Assembly (NCBI GenBank): GCA_020137815.1
Contig: CM035354.1
Location: 7,068,001 to 7,132,000, forward strand
Direction of reading: 5' to 3'
Source: Hormiphora californensis
Taxonomy: Eukaryota > Animalia > Ctenophora
DNA length: 64,000 bases
Part shown: positions 1 through 29,151 of the stretch, in pieces
How positions within the stretch are numbered: position 1 is the first letter of the stretch
Layout of the letters: each line of letters begins with the position of its first letter
Program-made: the position numbers and the translations under genes
Notes under the pieces: model-generated
Database searches by the model: none
The model's input: the letters and a program-made list of their open reading frames with translations, nothing else
What the model was told of the DNA's origin: nothing

Positions 1-1273
1 GCCCAACCAAATGACTTCACCAGGGTTTAGGTCATACAAAATGGACCTCAAATATGCAATTTTAGCCCTAAAGTCGAATTCATATTTTTGCTACAGCCTA
101 TTTTCAAAGTGGCGTTTTTTCAATTTTTGTTGGAATTTTTAACCTCAGGACCACTTTTTTTGAGATAGAAACATTAAATTCTTGAAATTTGAAGAGAATA
201 TAAAGGTGAATAAGCCCAAAGAAGGATTTTTGAAATGGAGCTTATTTCTGGCCATGAGAAGGGTTTACTTTTTTGCTTCTTTGACACGCTGGCTGAGAAT
301 GTTCCCATGCTTCATTAGAGATGAAAATCTGGAAATAGTTGCTCAAAACGATTATCTATGTGGCCCAAAAATTTTGGAACTTTCCCGTCAAAGATGTGGT
401 GTACAGAGCTTGTTTTGTGAAACCCGTCTTTTTGAAAAAGAGAGGAATTCCCTGTATCTCCAAAACGGATGATCGTAGAGACCTGGGACCAAGCTTAATC
501 GATTCAGAAGGTCCGATTTTGGGGGGGTCTTCTGAGAGACATTTTGCTCCTACTCCAACCGTTTTTGCTGTAATTGCGAAAAAGGTATCAGCAAGTAAGG
601 GGGAAATCAGCCCGAAGCAGGCTACTGGAATAGAGTTGTTCCCCCTTTTCATAGAATTGGTTTTTTGCAATTACAGCAAAAACGGTTGGAGTAGGAGCAA
701 AATGTCTCTCAGAAGACCCCCCCAAAATCGGACCTTCTGAATCGATTAAGTTTGGTCCCAGGTCTCTACGATCATCCGTTTTGGAGATACAGGGAATTCC
801 TCTCTTTTTCAAAAAGACGGGTTTCACAAAACAAGCTCTGTACACCACATCTTTGGCGGGAAAGTTCCAAAATTTTTGGGCCACATAGATAATCGTTTTG
901 AGCAACTATTTCCAGATTTTCATCTCTAATGAAGCATGGGAAAATTCTCAGCCAGCGTGTCAAAGAAGCAAAAAAGTAAACCCTTCTCATGGCCAGAAAT
1001 AAGCTCCATTTCAAAAATCCTTCTTTGGGCTTATTCACCTTTATATTCTCTTCAAATTCCAAGAATTTAATGTTTCTATCTCAAAAAAAGTGGTCCTGAG
1101 GTTAAAAATTCCAACAAAAATTGAAAAAACGCCACTTTGAAAATAGGCTGTAGCAAAAATATGAATTCGACTTTAGGGCTAAAATTGCATATTTGAGGTC
1201 CATTTTGTATGACCTAAACCCTGGTGAAGTCATTTGGTTGGGCACTCGATTATGAAAAACGCCAGGTGTACCC
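1..1273. mobile_element. Foldback/MITE with ~580 bp near-perfect inverted arms (left end outside window); Kolobok-like terminus
   Basis: 1-583 is the reverse complement of 661-1243 around a ~77 bp spacer. Right end reads ...gtgtaccc|TTAA (TTAA at 1274-1277), matching the RR...YY plus TTAA pattern of Kolobok. The mirror ORFs 182/772 and 339/588 simply reflect the palindrome. Confidence 0.8.
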
Positions 1274-1556
1274 TTAAGCCCTGTTTAGAAGTTTGTTGTT
1301 GTTTCCATTGTTCACACCGGTTGTGTGGGAGGGTGTAACACAGCCCCAAAAGTCACCGTATTTTCTTGAAGAACATGACACAGAAGACGATCATAACCAT
1401 GATAACTGGTCCATCCTTTTTGGCACATTTTGGCACATTTGGCACATTTGTAACTAGAATACAATTGGTTACGCAGTTTGTAGACTCCAAATTTAAAGCA
1501 CTTTCACCCTCTGCCAGTCATCTACCGTTATTCCAACACATTGCACAGAGAATTCA

Positions 1557-4062
1557 CTATACACAAAAGTTTGGTTTTGGAAAAGATAAACATGAAATAA
1601 CATTTTCAAATAAGATTTTATCAACAAAGTTGGCTAATTCCATCATTCCACAAAATTCGTTTCCTACACTTTCGATCCTCTTCTTGACACCCAACATGAT
1701 GTCCTTTTTAGCAACGGTATCCTTCCTAGCCAAAGAATCAAATCCTTTTTCAAGATCTCTGAGGCGGTTGTTGAATGCTTCACTTTTGGCTGCGAACAAA
1801 TCTATCTGGCTGGTAGTATGCTTCAGCTGCTTTGTCCCGTTTCTTTTATCAAAAAGATAACGACGATTTGGCTTGCCAACATAACAACCGTGAAGATAGC
1901 TACTCCAATCAAAGTGATGGAGTCCATGGTAACTTTGGTAACAAAATTAAACGTAAAACGATTGAAGAATCCAGAAATGGACGTGAACCTCCTTACACCA
2001 TCATTTCTGCTGTCTGTACTCCCCAGCTATCACAAGGGGTGCCCGGCGGTGCTAGTTCCTGGTACAGCTCAAACGCTTTTTCCTGCATGGCTTGCTGCCC
2101 AAGAAGCAGCCCAATAGCTGCCTCTTGTACCTTGATGTCTGCATCTTGCACTCTTGTACCTTGATGTCTGCATCTTGCACTCTTAACTGAGTGTCATGCA
2201 GTTGTTGCAGGGTCTCCTGCAGCTGCTGGTCGTGCGTGTGCTGGTGTAGGTCTCCAACTTTCTGATGAAAATGATTATCGGTAAAATAGGGGGAAGGATG
2301 GTTCAAGATGCCAGATACGAAATTTACGATTGGAACAAAAAGTGATGTGAATTTAGAAACTTACCCCGAAAAGACGGGTAAATGGTTTGGCAATCGCTTT
2401 CACCCCTTGGACGAGGTCTTCCACAACGCGAACCTCCTCCACAATTGCGTTGGTTGCCTGGATAACAACCGTCTCGATTTTTTCCCTGCCCGGGTGAATG
2501 CCGAAGGCATTCACCCGGATGCCTTTTTACTTTGTAAAAAGGCATAGCAGGGTTAGAATTCGAAAACGACATTTTGGTATACTAACTAATCGGTAGAGGG
2601 ACCATTTTGGTCACACTTTTGTTGCGAGGGCAACGGTGTAGCAACTAAAGCCGCGCACACAGTTACGAGCTGCTCCTTCATAAACCACTTCATTGGCACG
2701 TTTTCAGGAAATGTGTGGCGCGCAATGTGGCGGCGTGGCGCGCAATTTAGTGCTACTAAAACACAAGGATTTGCTCTATACTGTTTGTGTGATATATAGA
2801 TGATCGGGATTTGGTGTCCCGCTTGCTGCTACAGCGGATCTAGTCATGATTCCTTTCTTCATAGATTCACATGGCAGGGAAATTCAGCATTATGTTAGAA
2901 CATAATGCAAATAATTCTTGTTCTCATGACAGCCAGCATGATGTCTTTCTTTGCATCTGCAATGGTCTCCTTCCTAGCCAGAGAATCAAAAAGGTTTGAC
3001 AATGCCTTTCACCCCTTCGACCTCCTTGACAATGACATTGGTTGCATTGGATACTATAGTTGGCTGATTCCATCATTTAGCTCGCTGTCAATCCTGATCC
3101 TCTTCTTTAAGATCGGTGATGGAATCCTTTATAGCTAAAGTTTCCATTCCTTTCCCAAGGCCTTAGAGTCGATCCTTAATTCCTTACTTTTAGTCGTGAA
3201 GGCGTCCACCATGGTGTACCACCTCTTACACCATCATTTCTGCTGTCTGTACTCCCCGACTAGCACAGGGGATGCCCGGTACCAGGTCCTTGTACAGCTC
3301 AGACGCTTTGTCCATCATTGACTGCAGCTGCCCTAACAGCAGCCCAACAGCTGCCTGACGGTGGTCTTTCTCCATGTCCATGAGAACCACCTCCAGCTGT
3401 TGAACTTTTAGGTCGGTATCCTGTACCCTTAGCTGCGTGTCAAGCAGCTGGTCGTGGGTGTGTTGGTGTAGGTCTCCTACTTTCTGATGAAAATGATTAT
3501 TGGTAAAATAAGGGGGAAGGAGGGTTCAAGATGCCTATACAAAACTTACGATTGGTACAAAAACTTGCGATTGGTACAAAATGATGTGATTTTAGAAACT
3601 TACCCCGAAAAGTCGAGTGAATGGTTCCACAATGCCTTTCACTCCTTCAATCTCCTAGACAATGACATTAGTTGCTTGGAGAACAACATTGTCGATCCTC
3701 TTCTTTATTTCCGTCTTGGCATCAATGACGGATTCTTTATTTGCCAAAGAATCAATTCCCTTCTCAATGTCACTGAGTCGGTCAATTAGTTCCGTACTTT
3801 TAGCCGTGAAGACTTCCACTTGTCTGTTGCCCTGTGCTAGTTGTTGTTCGCCGTTTCTTTTGATCAAATGGATGATCACGATTTGGGTTGCCAACATTAC
3901 AACTGGAATGGTTTAGAAGTTGGCTGATTCCACCATTTAGCTCGCTGCCAATCCTCTTCTTCCCGTAATGGTATCCTTTTTAGCCAAAGAATCCAATCCT
4001 TTTTCAAGGAGGTCCTTGAGGCGGTTGTTGAATGCTTATGTTGGTGAAGTTCTCCGACTTTC
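1557..4062 (-). pseudogene. Decayed tandem copies of a small spliced coiled-coil gene of unknown family
   Basis: 1988-2470 resembles 3222-3690; 1690-1790 resembles 2925-2995 and 3970-4040. Two copies share the junction ...KPFTRLFG/EPFTRLFG|gtaagt ... catcag|KVGDLHQHTHDQ. One copy has an in-frame TAG at 3655-3657 and another has a frameshifting duplication at 2120-2185. Confidence 0.55.
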
Positions 4063-4686
4063 AGACGAAGATTCCATGATGAGATGAGCAGGAGTGTATG
4101 TTGCAGAGCGAAACGAAAGGTGATTATATCCATTATGATATCGAGAGTTTATCTCCAGGCTGCTCCTTCATAAAACCATGTGTAATGGAGTAGAACAATC
4201 TTTCTAGAATTGTCCTCAGTTTTAGCCTCCAGGTTGCTCCTTTATAAAACCGTGTGTTATCGAGTAGAATAACTATCCTCGGTTTTGGCTCTTTCTGGCT
4301 GACCTCATATTTCATATTCTCATTGTTTTTCATGCGGCATGGTCTATGTCCCACGATTGGTCACACTCTGAGATGTTAGTTGACGGAGCGCGCGGTGTTG
4401 TTTTGGTAGAAGAACGCGCGCAGGTGTACAAGCGTGGGAAATGTATAGCGGTGAATTGTTGTTGACCGTGAAATGTACAATTATTGTACAAAATCGAAAC
4501 TGGAACACAATTGGTTACGCAGTATGCAGACTTGTAGTTTTAGGCACATGCCAGTCCTCTATACCGTTGTTCCAACACATAGAGAAATCGCTAAACACAA
4601 AAGTTTGGTTTTGGAAAAGATAAACATGAAATAACATTTTCAAATATAAGATTTAGAGTCCATGAATCACAACAATATTGTCCACG

Positions 4687-21979
<17,293 letters not shown>

Positions 21980-22558
21980 GACGGGAAATAAGGGTTGTGA
22001 GACTGGGAGGGTGAGAGTGGGTCTCTCTCTCCCCCTCTCTCTATCTCTCTCTATCTTTCTCTCTCCCTCCCTCTCTCTCACACAAGAGGGGTATGACACC
22101 ATTATTGGTGCTCACTGCTCCAGGGGTACTAGTGATGATACTATTGGTAACTACTCACTAAAAAGGAGGATTTTCTCACTCTCCCTCTCTCTCTCTCTCA
22201 CAGTGTTGCTCTCTTTCTCTCCCCAAAGGGGGGTCCTCCTCTCGCTCTCTCACTGATTCTCTGAGTAATATGCGCCTCTCTCGATACTACTATATCACTT
22301 AGACCAGCTGGTCCCTCTCTCAAGATCCATCGACCACCAGGAGGGGAAATCATGGGAGAAAGAGACATTGATGTAATTCTTGGATTTAGACACGCTAGAG
22401 AAAGCCTCACAGAGATCCTTCTGGTTGTTTTGGAATACTTTAAAGTCTGAGGCTAGGTAAAGAAATTTGAGGAAGATAAACGTGGTGGGAAGAATGGCTA
22501 TCTTTTATTTGGTAAGCATATATTTGTTGTATATCGGGTGAAAAGTGAGCAAACCTCA

Positions 22559-22559
<1 letters not shown>

Positions 22560-22645
<86 letters not shown>

Positions 22646-22655
22646 ACTCACTCAC

Positions 22656-22710
<55 letters not shown>
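22560..22710. repeat. (CT)n/(CTCA)n microsatellite
   Basis: Read directly from the sequence. Confidence 0.95.
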
Positions 22711-22711
<1 letters not shown>

Positions 22712-22811
22712 ACTTGCTGTGTGTCTTGCTGATTCTCTCGCTGTAGGCTTGCGCATCACTGAACGACTTATGAGTGTGTAGAGTGTACACAATATGCCTG
22801 ACTTGTTATAC

Positions 22812-23758
22812 TAGTAGAGTCGATAAGAACACTCACCTCCTCCGATTTCAGTGAAACTTCTCACATGCTAACATATGATAATGGAGGTACAAATACCGCT
22901 TATTTTAGGTCCGAAAAACTTTTGGTTCGTTAATTATCGCTAATTGAAAAACGCCAAAAATGGGCTAAAATGGCCCTTAAGGTGGATTTGAAATTTTGGA
23001 GTTGGAACTCCAGACTTCGTACAGGTGTCCGCTAGGATGCCAATATGCACCACAGGCGGGCTCAGGCCTAAATTCGTCCGAATTTTTGCGTAAGGCCGGA
23101 TGGCGTGAATTTTGGTCACGTGATTTGGGCAAAAAATCAGTTTTTTGCTATTTGTGCCTTTCCTGCACGCCGGAGATGAAAAATAAGGCCATTTCCTCTC
23201 ATTTATTTTTCTTTCTGCATCGATTAAGCAGGCTATGAACCTCCCTTACTTCAACGGTTCAGAAGTTAGAGTTTTGCAAAAAAAGAGCGGGAGACTAGAT
23301 GGCGTCAATTTTGTAAGGCGATTTGTGTCTTTCCTGTGCGTCTGGGATGAAAAATGATGTCAAAACGTGTCATTTTCATCATATTCTGCATCGATTAAGC
23401 AGGTTATAAACATCCCTTACTTGAGCGGTTCAGAAGTTAGCCGAGGTCACGTGACCAAGATTTACGCCATCCGGTCTTACGCAAAAATTCGGACGAATTT
23501 AGGCCTGAGCCCGCCTGTGGTGCATATTGGCATCCTAGCGGACACCTGTACGAAGTCTGGAGTTCCAACTCCAAAATTTCAAATCCACCTTAAGGGCCAT
23601 TTTAGCCCATTTTTGGCGTTTTTCAATTAGCGATAATTAACGAACCAAAAACTTTTTGGACCTAAAATAAGCGGTATTTGTACCTCCATTATCATATTTT
23701 AGCATGTGAGAAGTTTTACTGAAATCGGAGGAGGTGAGTGTTCTTATCGACTCTACTA
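22812..23758. mobile_element. MITE with ~310 bp terminal inverted repeats
   Basis: tagtagagtcgataagaacactcacc... at 22812 is inverted at ...ttcttatcgactctacta (23758). Flanked by TAC, or TA if the ends are read 2 bp inward. The centre holds two diverged ~120 bp direct subrepeats. Confidence 0.9.
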
Positions 23759-23925
23759 TACAGTACGTGATTCCACACGACGACACTGCTCGACCCGACT
23801 CCCGAGGATACAAAATAACCCCTTAGTGCCGGCAAGGGAGGGTTAACTCTCTACGAGAAGGAGGGGTAAAAGGAGGGGTTGTGGTTCTTGTCACCCGGTA
23901 AGGGTCTTGTTGAGTGAATCCCAAC

Positions 23926-26900
23926 ATGTCTATTGTCGAGGAGTCCCTACCAGATTATGAGGCAGTTGGGGAGCTCGGGGAACCTCCAACCTACCAGAAT
24001 ACTGAGTCAGCTGCCGGATACAGGTAGGGAGAGATAAAGAGATACTGGGTCAGAGGATCCAGAAATAGAAATTGGAAGTTAGGGGAGATTTAACCCTTTG
24101 AGGACCATAACGATTGGCCGAACAGAATTTTTTAATTTTTTGTGGAGAAGGTCAGGAGAATAGTCTAAGATTATACGAAAAGGGTTTACTGAAATCGGGT
24201 TTTTACTTTTTGTGTTATGACATGGGTCATATATGACCCAGTGGTACTTATATGGTACAAAAAGGTTAGAGACGTCCTGTGTGAGCTATACTGTTATCAG
24301 GGACATAAAAACAGGCTCATTGGTGTACTAGAGGCATGACTAAACTGTTACAACCGGAATATTACGTCTCAGACGGTTTTTTACCTGATTTGGGTCATAT
24401 ATGACCCAGTGGGCCGTTTGGGAAAATTTCAATGATATTGCCGAAAACTAATGAGTTTCGCTATTTCAACACAAAATAAGCATTTGAAAGTTATTAATAT
24501 GCTATATAATGATTGTTTAACCATTCAAATTAGATATCATGCGAATATTTACTATATTTGGGTCATATATGACCCAGTGGGTCGTATAGGAAAAAATCAT
24601 ACTTCGGATTCAAAAACTCAAATTTCAATCTTTATTTGATGTACAACCAATTACTCGTATCAATACAAATCCAATCAATAATAGTCCAATCATTCTAACT
24701 GATGGTGATGATAAAAACAGTTTCGCTTTTGGGTCAGACAGAACACCCTCCCTTTACAACCACTAGCCGAACAACCAATATAGGTTTTCTTGTTCGATTT
24801 GCAAACATTGCACCTACGCCTCTGATCGAGGTAAACTGGAAGATGGCTCCCAGAAAGATCCGTCTTTCTTAACCTGTTGCAATGGGAATGCCCGTTCTAT
24901 ACAACTAAAGCCCTCAACTATACCTCTACAAACTGCCAAACGAAACTCTTTCGACGTTTCAGTTTTGTTTGGATGGATGACCTGGTAAGCTATTCGTGAG
25001 TTCATGAGTGATTGATCCATAAAACTAAACACTAGTCTGAGATAGTACCTGTGTTTCGACCTCCTATCAGTTCCACAAGTAATAGACAGTCTGTCGTGCA
25101 AGTCGACTCCCCCATATAGGCATTGTAGGACTTGATCACTTCTGGGCATGGAAAGGACGTCTTTGTTGCCTTCCCCTTCACTCTTCTCAGGACTGTTTCG
25201 ACTTTTTCACAGCCATTGGCGCTTGTAATGACATGAACAGGCGTATTGTCAATCCATTTTACCACGTTTCTTGCCGTAGATGCTATTGCAGATGCGGCAG
25301 GTGACCGGAATATCTTCATCTCTCCACGTGACATGTCCTTATCTGCAGGAAACGATGGCATTCCTTTTCGACCTGCTGAAACTACCCCGCTATAATAGAT
25401 ACCATTCTCGAGAAGATGCGAGAGTAAAACTGGTTACCTTTATCAATTTGCCTTATACACGGGACGGAAAGAATCACCTAAGCTGGGGCTAGGCGAATCT
25501 GTTGTTGTTAGTCTCACAGAATCTCTGAAGGACACCTGGGTCAACGTGTACGCCAACAACTACTTCTCAACCCCCGCCCTAGTCCTCAATCTTCTCGAGA
25601 ATGGTATCTATTATAGCGGGGTAGTTTCAGCAGGTCGAAAAGGAATGCCATCGTTTCCTGCAGATAAGGACATGTCACGTGGAGAGATGAAGATATTCCG
25701 GTTACCTGCCGCATCTGCAGTAGCATCTACGACAATAAACGTGGTAAAATGGATCAACAACAAGGCTGTTCATGTCATTACAAGCTGGGAAAAGTCGAAA
25801 CAGTCCAGAGAAGAGTGATGGGAAAGGCAACAAAGACGTCCTTTCCATGCCCAGAAGTGATCAAATCCTACAATTCCTATATGGGGGGAGTCGACTTGCA
25901 CGACAGACTGTCTATTACTTGCGAAACTGATAGGAGGTCGAAACGCATGTACTATCTCAGACTAGTGTTTAATATTATGGATCAATCACTCATGAACTCA
26001 CGAATAGCTTACCAGGCCATCAATCCAAACAAAACTGAAACTCCGAAAGAGTGGTTGTAAAGGGAGGGGTTCTGTCTGACTCAAAAGCGAAACTGTTTTA
26101 TCATCACCATTAGTTAGAATGATTGGACTATTATTGATTGGATTTGTATTGATACGAGTAATTGGTTGTACATCAAATAAAGATTGAAATTTGAGCTTTT
26201 GAATCCGAAGTATGATTTTTTCCTATACGACCCACTGGGTCATATATGACCCAAATCTAGTAAATATTCCCATGATATCTAATTTGAATGGTTAAACAAT
26301 CATTATATAGCATATTAATAACTTTCAAATGCTTATTTTGTGTTGAAATAGCGAAACTCATTAGTTTTCGGCAATATCATTGAAATTTTCCCAAACGGCC
26401 CACTGGGTCATATATGACCCAAATCAGGTAAAAAACCGTCTGAGACGTAATATTCCGGTTGTAACAGTTTAGTCAAGCCTCTAGTACACCAATGAGCCGG
26501 TTTTTATGTCCCTGATAATAGTGTAGCTCACACAGGACGTCTCTAACCTTTTTGTACCATTTAAGTACCACTGGGTCATATATGACCCAATTTTTGAAAT
26601 CGCTATAGCTCAGTCAATTTTTAATATTTTTTGATGCGGCTTTTTTCTTGCAGTTCTAGTTGGTCTTCTTCTAAAGTGTTTAAGATTATAGAAAATTCGT
26701 AGGAGGCATTTAGAAATGGCATCAAAAGTTAAAAAATGACCAAAATGAACATCATTTGGACCCAATTATCTAAACCTTAACATCAATGATTGCGCATGAA
26801 ACTTGGATTTTTAGGTAGAGAAATGTCTAAACTATCGTTTAGGCTTTAGTTTGGGATCAAAAGTTAATCCTGAAGCTGGGAAATCAGTCTTTAGTGCAAT

Positions 26901-28729
26901 GGGTCATATATGGCCTGTGGTCCTCAAAGGGTTAAGTGATGACTTGTGGATATAGTAGGGACGATAGGGATAGTGTCAAGTCGGATCATGGATCTAGGAA
27001 AAAGCGGTTTCCATGGAAAGGGGTGTATGAGGCGATAGTAAAGCTAAAGCACGTCTGTAAATTTCAGGACAAAGTTTGACAGGAATATCCCGGTGTTTGA
27101 GGAAGAGAACCTTCCACCAACATATGAATCCATCTTTGGACAGATTAGAGAGGAATGGCTGACGGCTGAAAACTTTACAGAGTTTCTGAAAAATGCAGGT
27201 GAATTTATACCCCCTGCAGCAGGCCTATAGTTCTGTAGCACTGACCGCCTGTATAAAATCCGCTACTACTCTTTCTGGCGTCGCCAGAATCAATTTTGAT
27301 CGGGTCAGCGCTGCTACTTGCTAGACAGCTAATTCCGCTTTTTATTAGTCTTCACTCTTCAAAAGTTAATTCATAAAACGGAATCAATTCCAATTCTCTA
27401 AAACCTCTCAATTTCAGGTCGTATATTGTTGGCATCCCTTGCCTGTACTCTGATCCTATTCTTCCTTCTCATCCTCCCCATAGCATACATTGTAATTGGC
27501 TACATGTATCTCAACCAGTGCCCTATTAACAGGTCTGTGTGAATTAATAAGAGCGGTTGCCATGGGCTTGAACCCCTGCCATTGTTCTCTAAGTATTTGC
27601 AACACCACTACTAAAACAGTCAATCAATAGTAATGAACCTACGTGCCCTATACTTTAACCACACCCCTCACAGATGGATTCCGATATATTTGATTGTAGC
27701 TGGTATCCTGGGTCTAGTACAGAATGCCCTCATGCTTTTCAGACGATGTGTCCCCCCAAATGTAAGTGTTACCATGGTTACCACCCCCGTGTGTTGCTAC
27801 CTGTCGTCATGGTTACCCCAAACCATAGACCACGTACATGTGCTCCAGCTCTGCCAACCATATGTCACATTGTTTGTTCTTCGAGAAACGCTGTTAACAG
27901 CTCTATAACCCAGCTTCACCCTATGTTGAGAAAAAAAAATACTCAACAATACACACTGTGTTTCAGTATGTGGGCTGTATGATATGCTACGTGGTGTGTG
28001 AGGTGGTTGTGGCGATAGTGGCCCTCATTTGGTTTCTCATCGGAACCTACTGGGTCTACAGCATTCTATTCGAAGTAAGTATTATGTCAACAAATACCGT
28101 TGTTCGATCCCTATTCCATGCCCCTTTGTTCATCGCTTTCCCCTTTTTTATTCATCCCTGTATGAATTATTGGTTTAGAAAGTAGGTGTGGATCTCGTTT
28201 TGACTACCTCCCCCCCAGGTTTGCTTCAACAAATATGATGGACACTGTTACTGTAACTCCGTGTGTTACTGGTTTGCCTTTGTAATGATAACGCTATCCT
28301 ATATTCTTATTAGTAAGTGGTAGAGGGGAGCTGTGAGGGATGCTTCCTGGCCGGGGATCCAATACTGATTTTAATTCCAAACTACTCCAACATATAATTA
28401 TGCATAACATTCTCCTAACAACACCCCTCCTTCTCCCCACAGTTATAATCCTGATATCGGTTTGTGTGGTGTTGGCGATCAGTTGGCAGCACTTTGATCG
28501 ACCCCAAATAGAGCCCGCTCCGTATGGGGAGGCCGAGTATGAAGAGGTAGTGCGGAACAGACAGGCATCAGAGGGAAGGGGAGGGTTACCACCCGAACAA
28601 ACCCCACCACCACCACCAGGGGATCTGGTGGGGTTGTTGAGGTCTGCAGAGGGGTTGGGGACTTTGAGGAGGTATAACAGTACCTCACAGCGGACTGAAC
28701 AGTCAGAAATGACGCCCGATCCACCATGA
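23926..28729 (+). CDS. TMEM272-like four-TM protein with N-terminal PY motifs
   Basis: Spliced: MSIVEESLPDY...PPTY (23926-24023) | ...LPPTYESIFGQIR (27068-27198) | LPIAYIVIGYMYLNQCPINR | WIPIYLIVAGILG | ...LIWFLIGTYWVYS | ...YCNSVCYWFAF...; stop at 28727-28729. The IGxxYLxxCP...IPIYLxVxG motif is typical of TMEM272. Confidence 0.8.
24094..26931. mobile_element. Defective piggyBac DNA transposon with internal inverted duplication (intron 1 of the TMEM272-like gene)
   Basis: TTAA|ccctttgaggacca ... tggtcctcaaaggg|TTAA (14 bp TIR, TTAA TSD). Transposase fragments YANNYFST, KWIDN and YNxYMGGVDLHD occur on both strands with frameshifts. Confidence 0.92.
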
Positions 28730-29151
28730 GCATCATGCTCATGGCGGATCGGGTTGGTTACCATAGTAACCGATGCAGAGAAGTGCTCATTCAAAAATCA
28801 GAATGTGCTATTATGTTGTGTAAGTTTGTCAGAGAGGTGATTTAATATATATTGTCTGGGGCTTCTGACCTGATATCTGAGTGCATTATATGTTGGGTTG
28901 CATGTTGATTGTAGTTCAGATAAAGTTTATATATTGCTTTGTTAGGAGTGGAATGCGGAATGTTGATCATTCATGTTCCGTTGATTTTTGTATTGTGATT
29001 GTTTCCAGAAATCCAAAAATTCGTTTTTTAATTACGGGAATTTCTTAAAATTGTGTGCATCAAATAATTTTCACGCATCACAGAGCTCTAATATAAAAAG
29101 TGTTCACTGTTAGTGCTGCATGAATCACTGTTCATAGCGGCGTTACCATGG

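Noticed and set aside
182-1062. Mirror-image ORF pairs of 96-133 aa
   Set aside because: They are by-products of the palindromic element and show no domain signal.
24223-24580. CRISPR-like look of palindromic repeats with constant-length unique spacers
   Set aside because: Eukaryotic context, 150-bp spacers, only three units, inside piggyBac ends, and no cas genes.
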